Positions 8,618-16,110 of a stretch of 64,000 bases of DNA are shown here, piece by piece (positions within the stretch are counted from its first letter, which is position 1; each line of letters starts with the position of its first letter). The notes under the pieces are model-generated. The model was not told where the DNA came from. It ran no database searches and saw nothing but the letters and a program-made list of their open reading frames with translations. The DNA comes from a virus. The DNA lies in the IMG/VR virus record IMGVR_UViG_3300046513_000134, positions 1-64,000 of that record; one strand, 5' to 3'. Both the position numbers and the translations under genes were made by a program.

Positions 8618-8738
8618 GGCCACCGGACTAGCCTGCCGGGGACCCCCTTTTGATAAACGGGAGTTGAACCCGTTCCGATCGATCTCAAATCGATTGCTCC
8701 ACCGTAGAGCTTTTATCGAGCACGTCCGTCTTTCGGCC
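8618..8738 (-). ncRNA. Y RNA-like element enclosing a complete degenerate tRNA cloverleaf (8649-8719, anticodon-position TGA)
   Basis: 5' GGCCGAAAG (GNCGAANG motif); closing helices GGCC/GGCC and GGAC/GTCC; inner fold TCGATAA-AA-GCTC TACGGTG GAGC-A-ATCGA TTTGAGA TCGAT-CGGA-ACGGG TTCAACT CCCGT-TTATCAA-A; no CCA. Confidence 0.65.
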
Positions 8739-8743
8739 TGTCC

Positions 8744-8885
8744 CGCCCCCGCGAGTTTGAAGGGACCCACGCTCTACCACTGAGCTAACCCCCATCAGTC
8801 CAAACGTAAGGTGTTTGGCTGGGGGTGCTGGGATCGAACCAGCGCGCAAGGCTTAAGGTTTTGGAGGCGACTATCCTATTCGACG
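8744..8885 (-). ncRNA. YrlA-like Y RNA (circularly permuted tRNA mimic)
   Basis: 5' CGTCGAATAGGAT, then T arm GCTGG TTCGATC CCAGC (8827-8843), acceptor stem ACCCCCA/TGGGGGT closed by hairpin CCAAAC/GTTTGG, then D arm GCTC AGTGGTA GAGC (8771-8785); 3' GTCC-C-TTC...GGCG pairs back to the 5' end. Confidence 0.75.
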
Positions 8886-8904
8886 TCTGAGGTTGTTAAT
8901 CTTG

Positions 8905-9098
8905 CAGGGCAAAACAGCAAAGTTAACACCTTAGTTCATGACACCTGCGGGTTCAGTGTCCCGCTTCGTAAGTTTAAATTTGGCCCTGTGGGAGGGTGCG
9001 GAGGGAGGCCCTGATGGGTCTCACCTCAATTCGAGATCGGGGAGGCTGGCCAGCCTCTGGCGTTTCTTGCCCAGAACGCCCCGCGTTGCCGCGACCCA
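8905..9098 (-). ncRNA. Structured RNA 5' domains (multibranch junction, long bulged duplex, pseudoknot)
   Basis: TGGGTC/GACCCA encloses CGCG-GCAA-CGCG, GGCGTT/AACGCC and GAGGCT/AGCCTC; CAGGGC[C]AAA/TTTGCCCTG encloses GCGGG/CCCGC, whose ACAC loop can pair with downstream GTGT. Confidence 0.5.
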
Positions 9099-9112
9099 AT
9101 GGCGGTGTTCTA

Positions 9113-9859
9113 TCAGAGCGCCAGTAGCGTGGCAATCAGTTTCGCGCTGATTTCCTCGTTACCCACGTCCTGCAAGTTGGCGCGCATCCGTGCCTTCTTG
9201 GTGGCCGAGATCAGCTTGTCGAGGTTGCCGAGCACCGTAGCCTTCTTCAGCGGCGTCCACATGCCGGAGCGGTGGATCGTGGCGATCTTGGCGACGTTCT
9301 TATCGACCGTGTATTCTTTGATCTGCGCCGGGTGCTTGTCGGTCGCCTCGTAGAGGACCTTGTGCTCGTTGAGCTTTTCAGTCTTCAACTGTTCGGTCTG
9401 GGCCGAAACGAAGAAGCCTTCTCCGGCACCATCGTCCTTGTTCCAGACCGCGCCCGGGGCTAGCGTCGGGATCGCTGCGAGCATTTCCCGCAGACCCGAG
9501 AGCTTCTGTTCCAGACCGAGCAGGTAGATGCCCGGCAGGTCCTTGGCCAGCGTCGTGCCGTCCACGATCAGGTCAGCCTTGGCCGACTGGTTGGCGACGT
9601 CCTTCTGCAGTACCGCGTCGAGATACTTGCCGAAGTGCTTCAGCGCGTAGTCGAGACGGGCATCGACGCTGGTGACCACCGGCTTGGTTTCCGAGGTGTT
9701 TTCGCCCGAGCGGCTGTCCTCGAAATAGGTGGTGGTGCGCGTCTGACCAAGAAAGTGGTCAGGCTTCTTGGCGAAAGTGTTCGCCGCGTCCGCAATCATA
9801 GCTGCCGACGTCTTGAGCAGGTCCTGCTCGACTGCGAGAAGTTCGTGAAGTTTCGCCAC
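9113..9859 (-). CDS. Conserved uncharacterised alpha-helical protein (248 aa) upstream of the ncRNA cluster
   Basis: GTG start after GGAGG; KLHELLAVE...LLGLEQKL...IPTL...EATDKHPAQI...SG...KKARMRAN resembles an uncharacterised phage/actinobacterial family (recalled, not searched). Confidence 0.85.
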   Translation of the reverse strand: MAKLHELLAVEQDLLKTSAAMIADAANTFAKKPDHFLGQTRTTTYFEDSRSGENTSETKPVVTSVDARLDYALKHFGKYLDAVLQKDVANQSAKADLIVDGTTLAKDLPGIYLLGLEQKLSGLREMLAAIPTLAPGAVWNKDDGAGEGFFVSAQTEQLKTEKLNEHKVLYEATDKHPAQIKEYTVDKNVAKIATIHRSGMWTPLKKATVLGNLDKLISATKKARMRANLQDVGNEEISAKLIATLLAL

Positions 9860-9993
9860 CGTTGATCCTCCGTGATCCTGATTGTGTGTCGATGAGAGAG
9901 AAGTATTTGGAGAGCAGCCGTTAATCAAGAGGGTTTTTTCGGTTTTGAACTATATTATGCGAAATCCCTGATTTTTAACGCAAAAAGGCGGTT

Positions 9994-10197
9994 TTATGCG
10001 GCTTTTATGCGGAAATCGTAGTTCGGGCAGCCCGGCTTGCCGTGGCAGGGGTTGCCGTAGACGTGCTGGCAGAATTTGCATTCGCTCGGCTCGTGCTGGC
10101 ATTCGCTGTGGGCAACGTGAATTGGCACGCTGGCAGCGGCGGAAATGACTGGTTTTACGGGGTCTGGGAGCTTTTTGGGCGGGATAATGAGCTTCAT
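9994..10197 (-). CDS. Small Cys/His-rich putative metal-binding protein
   Basis: MKLIIPPKK start; CKFC...C.G..GCPN. Confidence 0.6.
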   Translation of the reverse strand: MKLIIPPKKLPDPVKPVISAAASVPIHVAHSECQHEPSECKFCQHVYGNPCHGKPGCPNYDFRIKAA

Positions 10198-10199
10198 GA

Positions 10200-10442
10200 T
10201 TAGGCTTTCCCGGCTTTCGTGCCATGGACGTCCACCCAAATGACAGCCGCGTAGGCTTTCTTGCTGTCCTTGTCTGGATCGTTGTTGTTGATTTGCCGTG
10301 CCGCCAGAATGGCCTCGCCCTTGTACTCAAAGGTGGCGTTGTTCAGACTGAGCAACAGCTCGTTGGTGGTGACCGGGAACCCCGAGGTGTCGAGAACCTT
10401 GCCATCTCGGATGATCCCGTATCGCCGCATTCTTCCGCGCAT
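10200..10442 (-). CDS. Hypothetical protein
   Basis: AGGAGG SD. Confidence 0.65.
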   Translation of the reverse strand: MRGRMRRYGIIRDGKVLDTSGFPVTTNELLLSLNNATFEYKGEAILAARQINNNDPDKDSKKAYAAVIWVDVHGTKAGKA

Positions 10443-10657
10443 GAAAGCCTCCTTGCTTAACTGCTTGGAAGGCTTACGCGAACTTCACTTCTGCTTCAAG
10501 GCGTCTGCGAGGGCGGAGAAGTCCTTAACCACAGGTTTCGTCTTGGGCTCACGTAGCGGCCGCACTGGATTGCCGGCGTGGACGACCCTATCCTCCATTT
10601 TGGGAGGCTCTGCTGTCGTAGAGGCCGTCCCCGGCCACCACCTGTCTTTCATTCCGA

Positions 10658-11158
10658 TCATGCATACACCTTCAGCCCCGCGATTGGGGGCGTCTCCTTG
10701 TCGAAGACGACGTAGGCCACGTCTTCTTTGGCCATGTAGGCGAAGACCTCTTGCAGGTCTACCGGTACATTCTCGAATTGCGGGTCGAAGGGCAAGAGCA
10801 CCTTGAGCAACGAACTACCGTGTCCGACCAGCGTCAGGCTGAGCAGCGACACGTGCGCGGTCGAGAGGATCGCCATCTTGTGGCATTCATACTCGGGCTC
10901 GGGTGGGGAGTAGTTGGCGGCAAGCCTCTCGCCCAGCAGCCACTGGTATTCCTCGAAGGTGCGGGCCTCGAACACTGGCACGTAGCGCAGCTCTCCGACA
11001 TAGTCCTTGAAATTATGCGACCGGACGTGCGGCGGGGTGGCGGAGCGTGTCACCGTGTGCGGGATGTCACGCAGCTTGTCGCGCATCAGCGCGTCGTACA
11101 GGGTCCGCTCATTGGCGAAGGATCGCGGGACGAAACGCCGTGCAACATGTTGCATCAC
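10658..11158 (-). CDS. Hypothetical protein
   Basis: Coupled ORF. Confidence 0.7.
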   Translation of the reverse strand: MMQHVARRFVPRSFANERTLYDALMRDKLRDIPHTVTRSATPPHVRSHNFKDYVGELRYVPVFEARTFEEYQWLLGERLAANYSPPEPEYECHKMAILSTAHVSLLSLTLVGHGSSLLKVLLPFDPQFENVPVDLQEVFAYMAKEDVAYVVFDKETPPIAGLKVYA

Positions 11159-11508
11159 TGCTTGCCCCCGTAGTGTGGGAGCCTCGCGAGCAGGACCTTC
11201 TCAAAGTCCATCAACTCGTTATGGGCGTTCTCCATCCGCCGCATGTCCCCGGCCGTGGGTTCCATGCCCTCGTCCAGCGTCCCCATGATCGCCGTGTAGA
11301 AGTGCAAGGCTCCGGCCATGAAGGCTGCCTCCATATCCTCGACCTGCTGCTGTGGGGCGTCCTGTGGCAGCCAGACCTCCCTGAGCCCGATCCATCCGGC
11401 TCTGATCAGGTGGCCGTCGTTGGCCAGCTTGCGTTGCAGGTCGAAGCACAGCCGTTCGAACTCGGTCATGGCTTCTCTGGCCTTCTGGCGGTTCTTCGCC
11501 TCACCCAT
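11155..11508 (-). CDS. Hypothetical phage protein
   Basis: MGEAKNRQK start; AAFMAGA motif common in phage ORFs. Confidence 0.7.
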   Translation of the reverse strand: MGEAKNRQKAREAMTEFERLCFDLQRKLANDGHLIRAGWIGLREVWLPQDAPQQQVEDMEAAFMAGALHFYTAIMGTLDEGMEPTAGDMRRMENAHNELMDFEKVLLARLPHYGGKQ

Positions 11509-11743
11509 GCTTGTGTAATCCTTCTGCTTCAATGGTCATGGTGACCCACTCTTCGAGCCGCAGGACACGCTTCTGTAGATCGATGAGCGCGGCCTGTTGT
11601 TCGCATCGGACGACGCCGACATGGGTCTCCAAAAGGTTAATGATAAACTGGTTGACGCTGCGCCCCTGCTTGGTGGCAAGGTTCGCGAGCTTTCCCTTCA
11701 GGTCAGGGGTTATGCGCAGGACGAGTGGTTCGCTGTTTGGCAT
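11501..11743 (-). CDS. Ribbon-helix-helix (Arc/HicB-like) DNA-binding protein
   Basis: LVLRITPDLKGKLANLATKQGRSVNQFIINLLE. Confidence 0.8.
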   Translation of the reverse strand: MPNSEPLVLRITPDLKGKLANLATKQGRSVNQFIINLLETHVGVVRCEQQAALIDLQKRVLRLEEWVTMTIEAEGLHKHG

Positions 11744-11840
11744 ATCCGATCTCCGTATCGGTCAATGCCAGAAGTCTAATATAGTTGCAACCTTATATCA
11801 ATGTGTCCCTATGGTAGGTACACGCCTACCGGTAGTCGCC

Positions 11841-12116
11841 TTAGTCGGGAAGAGCTTCCAAAGCTGCAATCACAATCTGAGTATCGGAGATGGTTTTGCG
11901 CAGCCTAGCGATGTACTCTGCCTTTCCGGTATCACCGTCAGGCTCAAGCTCCCGCAGGAGAGCCAAGGCCGTCGTATCACCGCCTTCGTTCTGTAGCCAC
12001 TCGTCGGCCTTCCGCGTTGCCCAACCGTGGTCCGCGTACTGGTCTACCAGATGGGCGTAGTCCCCACCTGCGTAGGTCTTCAACATGGTCTTCTGGAACT
12101 CATTCAACTTGGTCAT
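11841..12116 (-). CDS. Hypothetical protein
   Basis: AGGAG SD; start MTKLNEFQK. Confidence 0.65.
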   Translation of the reverse strand: MTKLNEFQKTMLKTYAGGDYAHLVDQYADHGWATRKADEWLQNEGGDTTALALLRELEPDGDTGKAEYIARLRKTISDTQIVIAALEALPD

Positions 12117-12571
12117 AGTCTTTCTCCTGCTGCTGCGTAACTCTTGGCTTCCAGTTCCCAGTAGGTGCCGGCCATGCCGAGGCTGTTGGCCAGCACGAGG
12201 GCGAGGGCTTCTACCTTGCCGACCAGCACGTGGCGATCGCGCGCCCGCTTGAAGTCCTTGGTCAGCAGGTCGTGCTGGAAGCTGACGATCCACAGCCACG
12301 CAGTGATCGCCGTCCGGTCGAAGATCCAGCCGTCCGGTGCCTTGACCTCTCTGACGCCGAGGATCGTATCGACCTTCAGCCATTGGTAGTCGCCCTTGGT
12401 TGCAGCCGGGGGCATCTTCTTCGGGGCCAGATCGAGCGAGGCCAGACGCCAGCCTTTCTGCCATTCGCGGCGGACGGCGGTATTGACCGGATACGGGCAG
12501 CTATCGATGCTGCGTCCGTGGCGCTTGGCAACGTAGCCTTCCTGCTGCACAGGGCTCATTCCCGGTCTCAT
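12113..12571 (-). CDS. Protein with N-terminal ribosome modulation factor (Rmf)-like domain
   Basis: EGYVAKRHGRSIDSCPY......REWQKGWR compared with Rmf RGYQAGIAGRSKEMCPY.....RSQWLGGWR. Confidence 0.65.
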   Translation of the reverse strand: MRPGMSPVQQEGYVAKRHGRSIDSCPYPVNTAVRREWQKGWRLASLDLAPKKMPPAATKGDYQWLKVDTILGVREVKAPDGWIFDRTAITAWLWIVSFQHDLLTKDFKRARDRHVLVGKVEALALVLANSLGMAGTYWELEAKSYAAAGERL

Positions 12572-12795
12572 TTCTGCATTCTCCGTTCGAGTTCTTTCCG
12601 GCATTCCTTGAAGCGATTGCCCCATGCCTTGGCCTGCTTGCCGCTGTGCGCGCCGTCTTCCCACGAGTAGGCTGTCAGCATCTGCTCGATCAGGGCGTCG
12701 TTCGACAAGGCTGGAACGTCCATCGCCCGAGGCATTATGTCACCGTCGCTCACGTCTGGTCCTTTGGGTCCGAGGATTATAGGCTTGGGCATCAC
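12568..12795 (-). CDS. Hypothetical protein
   Basis: Coupled ORF. Confidence 0.65.
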   Translation of the reverse strand: MMPKPIILGPKGPDVSDGDIMPRAMDVPALSNDALIEQMLTAYSWEDGAHSGKQAKAWGNRFKECRKELERRMQK

Positions 12796-13202
12796 TTCTT
12801 TCTCCCGCGTTTTCGCTCGACCTGTGCCATCGTCTTGAAGGCCTTTTCCGAGGGAGCTTCGATGTCCTTCATGCCGTGCTCGGCCGCTTCCGCCCCGGAG
12901 GCAAATACCGGGACGTCGGTCTCATACTGGAAGGTCTCGGGTTGGACCAGACGAGAGTGCAGCCGCATGGCCAGCAGTTCCACCGGGCCGTGGCAGGCCA
13001 GCCAACCAGAACACAAGGCGTTGTTCTTCTGGTGGCAGAGGAACAGCCCGGTCGCGCCGTTCAAGGCTTGGTCAAGGATCTCGCCGTCGTAAGCCTTCAG
13101 CTTCTCGTATTCGTGGGCTTCCCAGACCCCCGAGGCCACGTCCTTTCTGTACGGGCATGACTTGCAGGGGGCGGCGAGGGCGTGGTGTGGTTCGTCACTC
13201 AT
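12792..13202 (-). CDS. DUF6283-like Cys/His protein
   Basis: PCKSCPYRKD..SGVW...EY.KL..YD...F.CHQ....CSGW. Confidence 0.65.
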   Translation of the reverse strand: MSDEPHHALAAPCKSCPYRKDVASGVWEAHEYEKLKAYDGEILDQALNGATGLFLCHQKNNALCSGWLACHGPVELLAMRLHSRLVQPETFQYETDVPVFASGAEAAEHGMKDIEAPSEKAFKTMAQVERKRGRKK

Positions 13203-13612
13203 ACCTGCTCCACGTCGAAGTGAGGGTGGCATCCTTCGTCGCCGGGGAATTTACCCGCCTTGTCGGGGAGCATCACCTGCAGGACGTCGTAGTCCTCGGT
13301 GTCGAAATACTGGCCGGCCTGAATGGTGAAGTCGGTCTTGGCCTTGGGACCCGCCTTCCTGATTTTCACCAGCACGCTCCAGTCCATGTCGAACTCTCCT
13401 TCCGGCAAGGGCGAGCCGCGTTCCCGCATGATCTTCGCGAGGTCGTTGAGGGCCATGCCAAGGAGGTGATTGTCGAAGTTGCCGACGATCAGCAGCTCCG
13501 GCAGTTTGTCTTTCTGCAGACCGATCGTGTAGGCAAAGCCCGGCACCCCGACGACCGAGTGGCCGTGCGTCCCGATGGCCCGCGTGATGTTGTCTTGAAT
13601 AAGGGATGGCAT
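13199..13612 (-). CDS. DUF4262-like protein
   Basis: FAYTIGL....PELLIVG...LQVMLPDKAGKFP; AAAGGAG SD. Confidence 0.75.
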   Translation of the reverse strand: MPSLIQDNITRAIGTHGHSVVGVPGFAYTIGLQKDKLPELLIVGNFDNHLLGMALNDLAKIMRERGSPLPEGEFDMDWSVLVKIRKAGPKAKTDFTIQAGQYFDTEDYDVLQVMLPDKAGKFPGDEGCHPHFDVEQV

Positions 13613-13665
13613 CTCGAAACTCCTTTTCGATTGATGTCTTATCGTATCCCGGTGGCTACCGTGGT

Positions 13666-14223
13666 TCAATGGTCTTGCAGACAGGTTTCTACCTTCTGCT
13701 GAATTTGTTCGGCACTGAGTTCCATCCCGACGACTATCGTGTCCGCCATACCTTCAACGACGTAGGAGAGGGCGCGGCAGTGTTCTCGTATCTCGCCGGC
13801 CGTGCAGTCTTTAAACTCCTTGCCGTTGATCATCGGTAGGGTTGCCACGAAAGCGATGGCCTTCTTGATCTTCTCGATCTGAGGTGCAACCTTTTCGTTT
13901 ATCTGCTCCTTGATCTCGTTCTTACTCGGCGTAGCCGCCACGTTTGTGGGTGGAATTTGCTGTGGCTTAGATACTGTCGTATCGGGTTTTGGCGTTGAGA
14001 GAACGATCAACGACTGAAGATTGTTCTGGAACCAAACAGCAATGACGTCTTCCAGCAGGTCGATGTTCTCTTCTCGCATCAACTCCTTGGCGAAGGCACG
14101 TTTAATTTTGCCTTTGTCTACCACGAGGTCGCGATCGGTTGCCGCGTCGAACAACAGTTTGCGAGCCCCTTTGGCCCACGACAAAAGAGGCTGCCCGTAC
14201 TTTGCCATCTCCAACAGTTTCAT
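13666..14223 (-). CDS. Hypothetical protein (AT-richer insert)
   Basis: AAGGAG SD; atypical codon usage. Confidence 0.7.
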   Translation of the reverse strand: MKLLEMAKYGQPLLSWAKGARKLLFDAATDRDLVVDKGKIKRAFAKELMREENIDLLEDVIAVWFQNNLQSLIVLSTPKPDTTVSKPQQIPPTNVAATPSKNEIKEQINEKVAPQIEKIKKAIAFVATLPMINGKEFKDCTAGEIREHCRALSYVVEGMADTIVVGMELSAEQIQQKVETCLQDH

Positions 14224-14234
14224 CGACTATCTCC

Positions 14235-14636
14235 TTACAGTTCGATGCCTAGTTCTTTAAGTTTCTCGATAGCGTATTCAGCCTTGGCTCTGCGCTCTCG
14301 CTGTTCTGCGTTGCGTTTATCTCTGTTAGCTATCTCGTAATCTTGTCTTATTTCGGGGTGTGCTTTGCGATGCAGCTTGGCTCTGTACGCGATTTCTTCT
14401 TTATGGGCTTTATGATAAGCCCTGTTGAAAGCCCTACATTTATCTAAGTTAGCTTCCCTGTATTTTGCAGTGGCTTTTCTACGTTTAGCTGCCACATCAG
14501 GGTAACGCGCTCGGTGCTCCCTAGCCATCGCCGTTTCTCGCGCCCTAGAGCACACGACTGAACAAGATATCTGTGCCCGGATTGCATCGAAGTCTGCCCC
14601 GCAGATTACGCAAGTCTTTAACATCCCGATCTCCAT
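14235..14636 (-). CDS. Zinc-finger/basic coiled protein, resembling the N-terminal part of HNH nucleases
   Basis: CVICG...CSVVC, then a K/R-rich helix; low GC; no HNH motif. Confidence 0.6.
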   Translation of the reverse strand: MEIGMLKTCVICGADFDAIRAQISCSVVCSRARETAMAREHRARYPDVAAKRRKATAKYREANLDKCRAFNRAYHKAHKEEIAYRAKLHRKAHPEIRQDYEIANRDKRNAEQRERRAKAEYAIEKLKELGIEL

Positions 14637-14648
14637 ATCGACGGTGTT

Positions 14649-14810
14649 CTATCGTTTGATTGCTTCGGCCTGTACGGTCTTCAGCAAGTGGACGATCTCA
14701 CCATTCAGTGTTCGGTCGCTAGCCGTAGCACATGCCACGATCCAGTCCTTCAGCTCTGCCGGGAGGCGTATCTTCATCTGCGCGTCGTTCTTTAATTTCG
14801 TCGGTTCCAT
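14649..14810 (-). CDS. Arc family repressor (53 aa)
   Basis: Below the ORF-track cutoff: MEPTKLKNDAQMKIRLPAELKDWIVACATASDRTLNGEIVHLLK; AAAGGAG SD. Confidence 0.85.
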   Translation of the reverse strand: MEPTKLKNDAQMKIRLPAELKDWIVACATASDRTLNGEIVHLLKTVQAEAIKR

Positions 14811-14904
14811 CGTTCGAACTCCTTTCGAATGGATGTCTTATCATATGAAAAAGGCCACCCCCGATCAAGAGAGTGGCCGACGATTGTCCCCAACCCGGGA
14901 CGTG

Positions 14905-15099
14905 TCATTTCTTCTTTTTCTTCGGTGCCGGCCCCGGGCCAAGCATGTTCTCGATCTCGCAGTGGTCGATCCCGCTGGACGTCCGCCGCGTCAGTATGGT
15001 CGATACCTTGTGGGTCTTCGCCGCCAGTTCCTCCTCCAACGACCGGTGCTTCGGCGTCGTAGAGTTCGGGGTCGATACGTAACGTGACGTCTTGGTCAT
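14905..15099 (-). CDS. Hypothetical basic protein
   Basis: Short ORF followed by a hairpin-T terminator. Confidence 0.45.
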   Translation of the reverse strand: MTKTSRYVSTPNSTTPKHRSLEEELAAKTHKVSTILTRRTSSGIDHCEIENMLGPGPAPKKKKK

Positions 15100-15117
15100 T
15101 GCCTGTCCTTCCAGTAT

Positions 15118-15241
15118 GGGCGTAGCCCCGCGAAATTTGGTTCCACCTCTTTGCTCTCGGGGCGATCCTTAAACAGCACCCGGGGTCTGTCAATAGCCTT
15201 AAGGACCTTAAGCTCCTCTCGGGCGTAGCCCCGCGAAATTT
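15118..15241. repeat. 21-bp direct repeat GGGCGTAGCCCCGCGAAATTT x2
   Basis: Identical copies at 15118-15138 and 15221-15241. Confidence 0.9.
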
Positions 15242-15437
15242 CGATGAGCGATCTGCAAGGGTGCTCCAGTAGAGAGACATTATTATAGAATTTTCTAAAA
15301 ATTATGGCAGCCTTTACCAGAGACAAAAAGGTGGCGTACCGTGGCGTAGCACGTGCCAGCAGCGCGCGCCGGCAGGGGAGGGGTGGCACAGAATAATAGC
15401 TCTGCAACCACCCTTCTCTTTTATATCTATCCTATGG

Positions 15438-15647
15438 CTAGACGCGGGCGACGATCGCAGCGTGCTCTATACTCATAGCACCACTGTATATGACGAGGCC
15501 TAAGATGAACCCCATCATGACTACCTGAATGAGACGGAGAAGGCGCTCCCCCGAGGACGGTGCGAGGGCCATGAGATACAGGTATCCCAGCGTCAGGGCG
15601 GCCATACCGAGGGAGAAGAGGAAGAGGGGGCTGAACATGGGGGACAC
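15438..15647 (-). CDS. Small membrane protein (2 TM)
   Basis: Two hydrophobic stretches. Confidence 0.6.
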   Translation of the reverse strand: MSPMFSPLFLFSLGMAALTLGYLYLMALAPSSGERLLRLIQVVMMGFILGLVIYSGAMSIEHAAIVARV

Positions 15648-15650
15648 TCC

Positions 15651-15983
15651 TTAGCGGCAGATGATTACGTCAGAAACGCGGAGGCCGAGGAACCACAAGG
15701 CCCTACGGACTGCATGCCAGTACCGCTCGGCACCCTGTACCGGGATCTCATAGACGTCACCGCCCTTGACCCGGAGGATGACGGTGGTGACCGACGCGGC
15801 GATCCGCTGCTTCTCGGCGTCGGCATCGTCCCAACCCTTGAGGAACGACGCGCGGTCCTTCTCCAGCGTGGACATCATGCCGAAGTGGCACCCGTAGTAG
15901 CGCGGCTGGTTTAGGCAACGCGCGAGCGCGCCTGCGCCGTAAGAGTGGCCTTGGCTCTTGAGCATTTCGACTGTCTGCGGCAT
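15651..15983 (-). CDS. Hypothetical protein
   Basis: GGAG SD; start MPQTVE; own promoter. Confidence 0.7.
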   Translation of the reverse strand: MPQTVEMLKSQGHSYGAGALARCLNQPRYYGCHFGMMSTLEKDRASFLKGWDDADAEKQRIAASVTTVILRVKGGDVYEIPVQGAERYWHAVRRALWFLGLRVSDVIICR

Positions 15984-16018
15984 CTTGCGAACTCCATTTC
16001 GCGTTGAAGACAACGGCA

Positions 16019-16046
16019 ACACTAGCGCTGCCACCCTGACCGTCAA
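16019..16046 (-). promoter_or_regulatory. Class-2 promoter TTGACG-N16-TAGTGT
   Basis: Shared consensus CTTGACS-N16-TAGYGTTG with 16633 and 17344. Confidence 0.65.
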
Positions 16047-16082
16047 GCTGTTTGTGCAATTTGTTGCACTCGCGACAAACAG

Positions 16083-16103
16083 AAAAAGGGGGCCGAAGCC
16101 CCC
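16083..16103 (-). terminator. Intrinsic terminator
   Basis: GGGGC TTCG GCCCC hairpin plus T tract after the 16111 ORF. Confidence 0.8.
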
Positions 16104-16110
16104 TGACTTG

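Noticed and set aside
8649-8719. Functional tRNA-Ser(TGA)
   Set aside because: No long variable arm, A8, non-canonical D loop, acceptor mismatch, no CCA; reported as a tRNA-like element instead
8744-8885. Two-piece (permuted) alphaproteobacterial tmRNA
   Set aside because: It has a full D stem and G3-C70 rather than G3-U70, the discriminator is G, and no tag reading frame is evident; the YrlA layout fits better
14235-14636. HNH homing endonuclease
   Set aside because: Only the zinc-finger/basic leader is present; no HNH catalytic motif
15282-15300. Irr ICE box
   Set aside because: Half-site spacing is one base short of the consensus; treated as an AT-rich palindrome only
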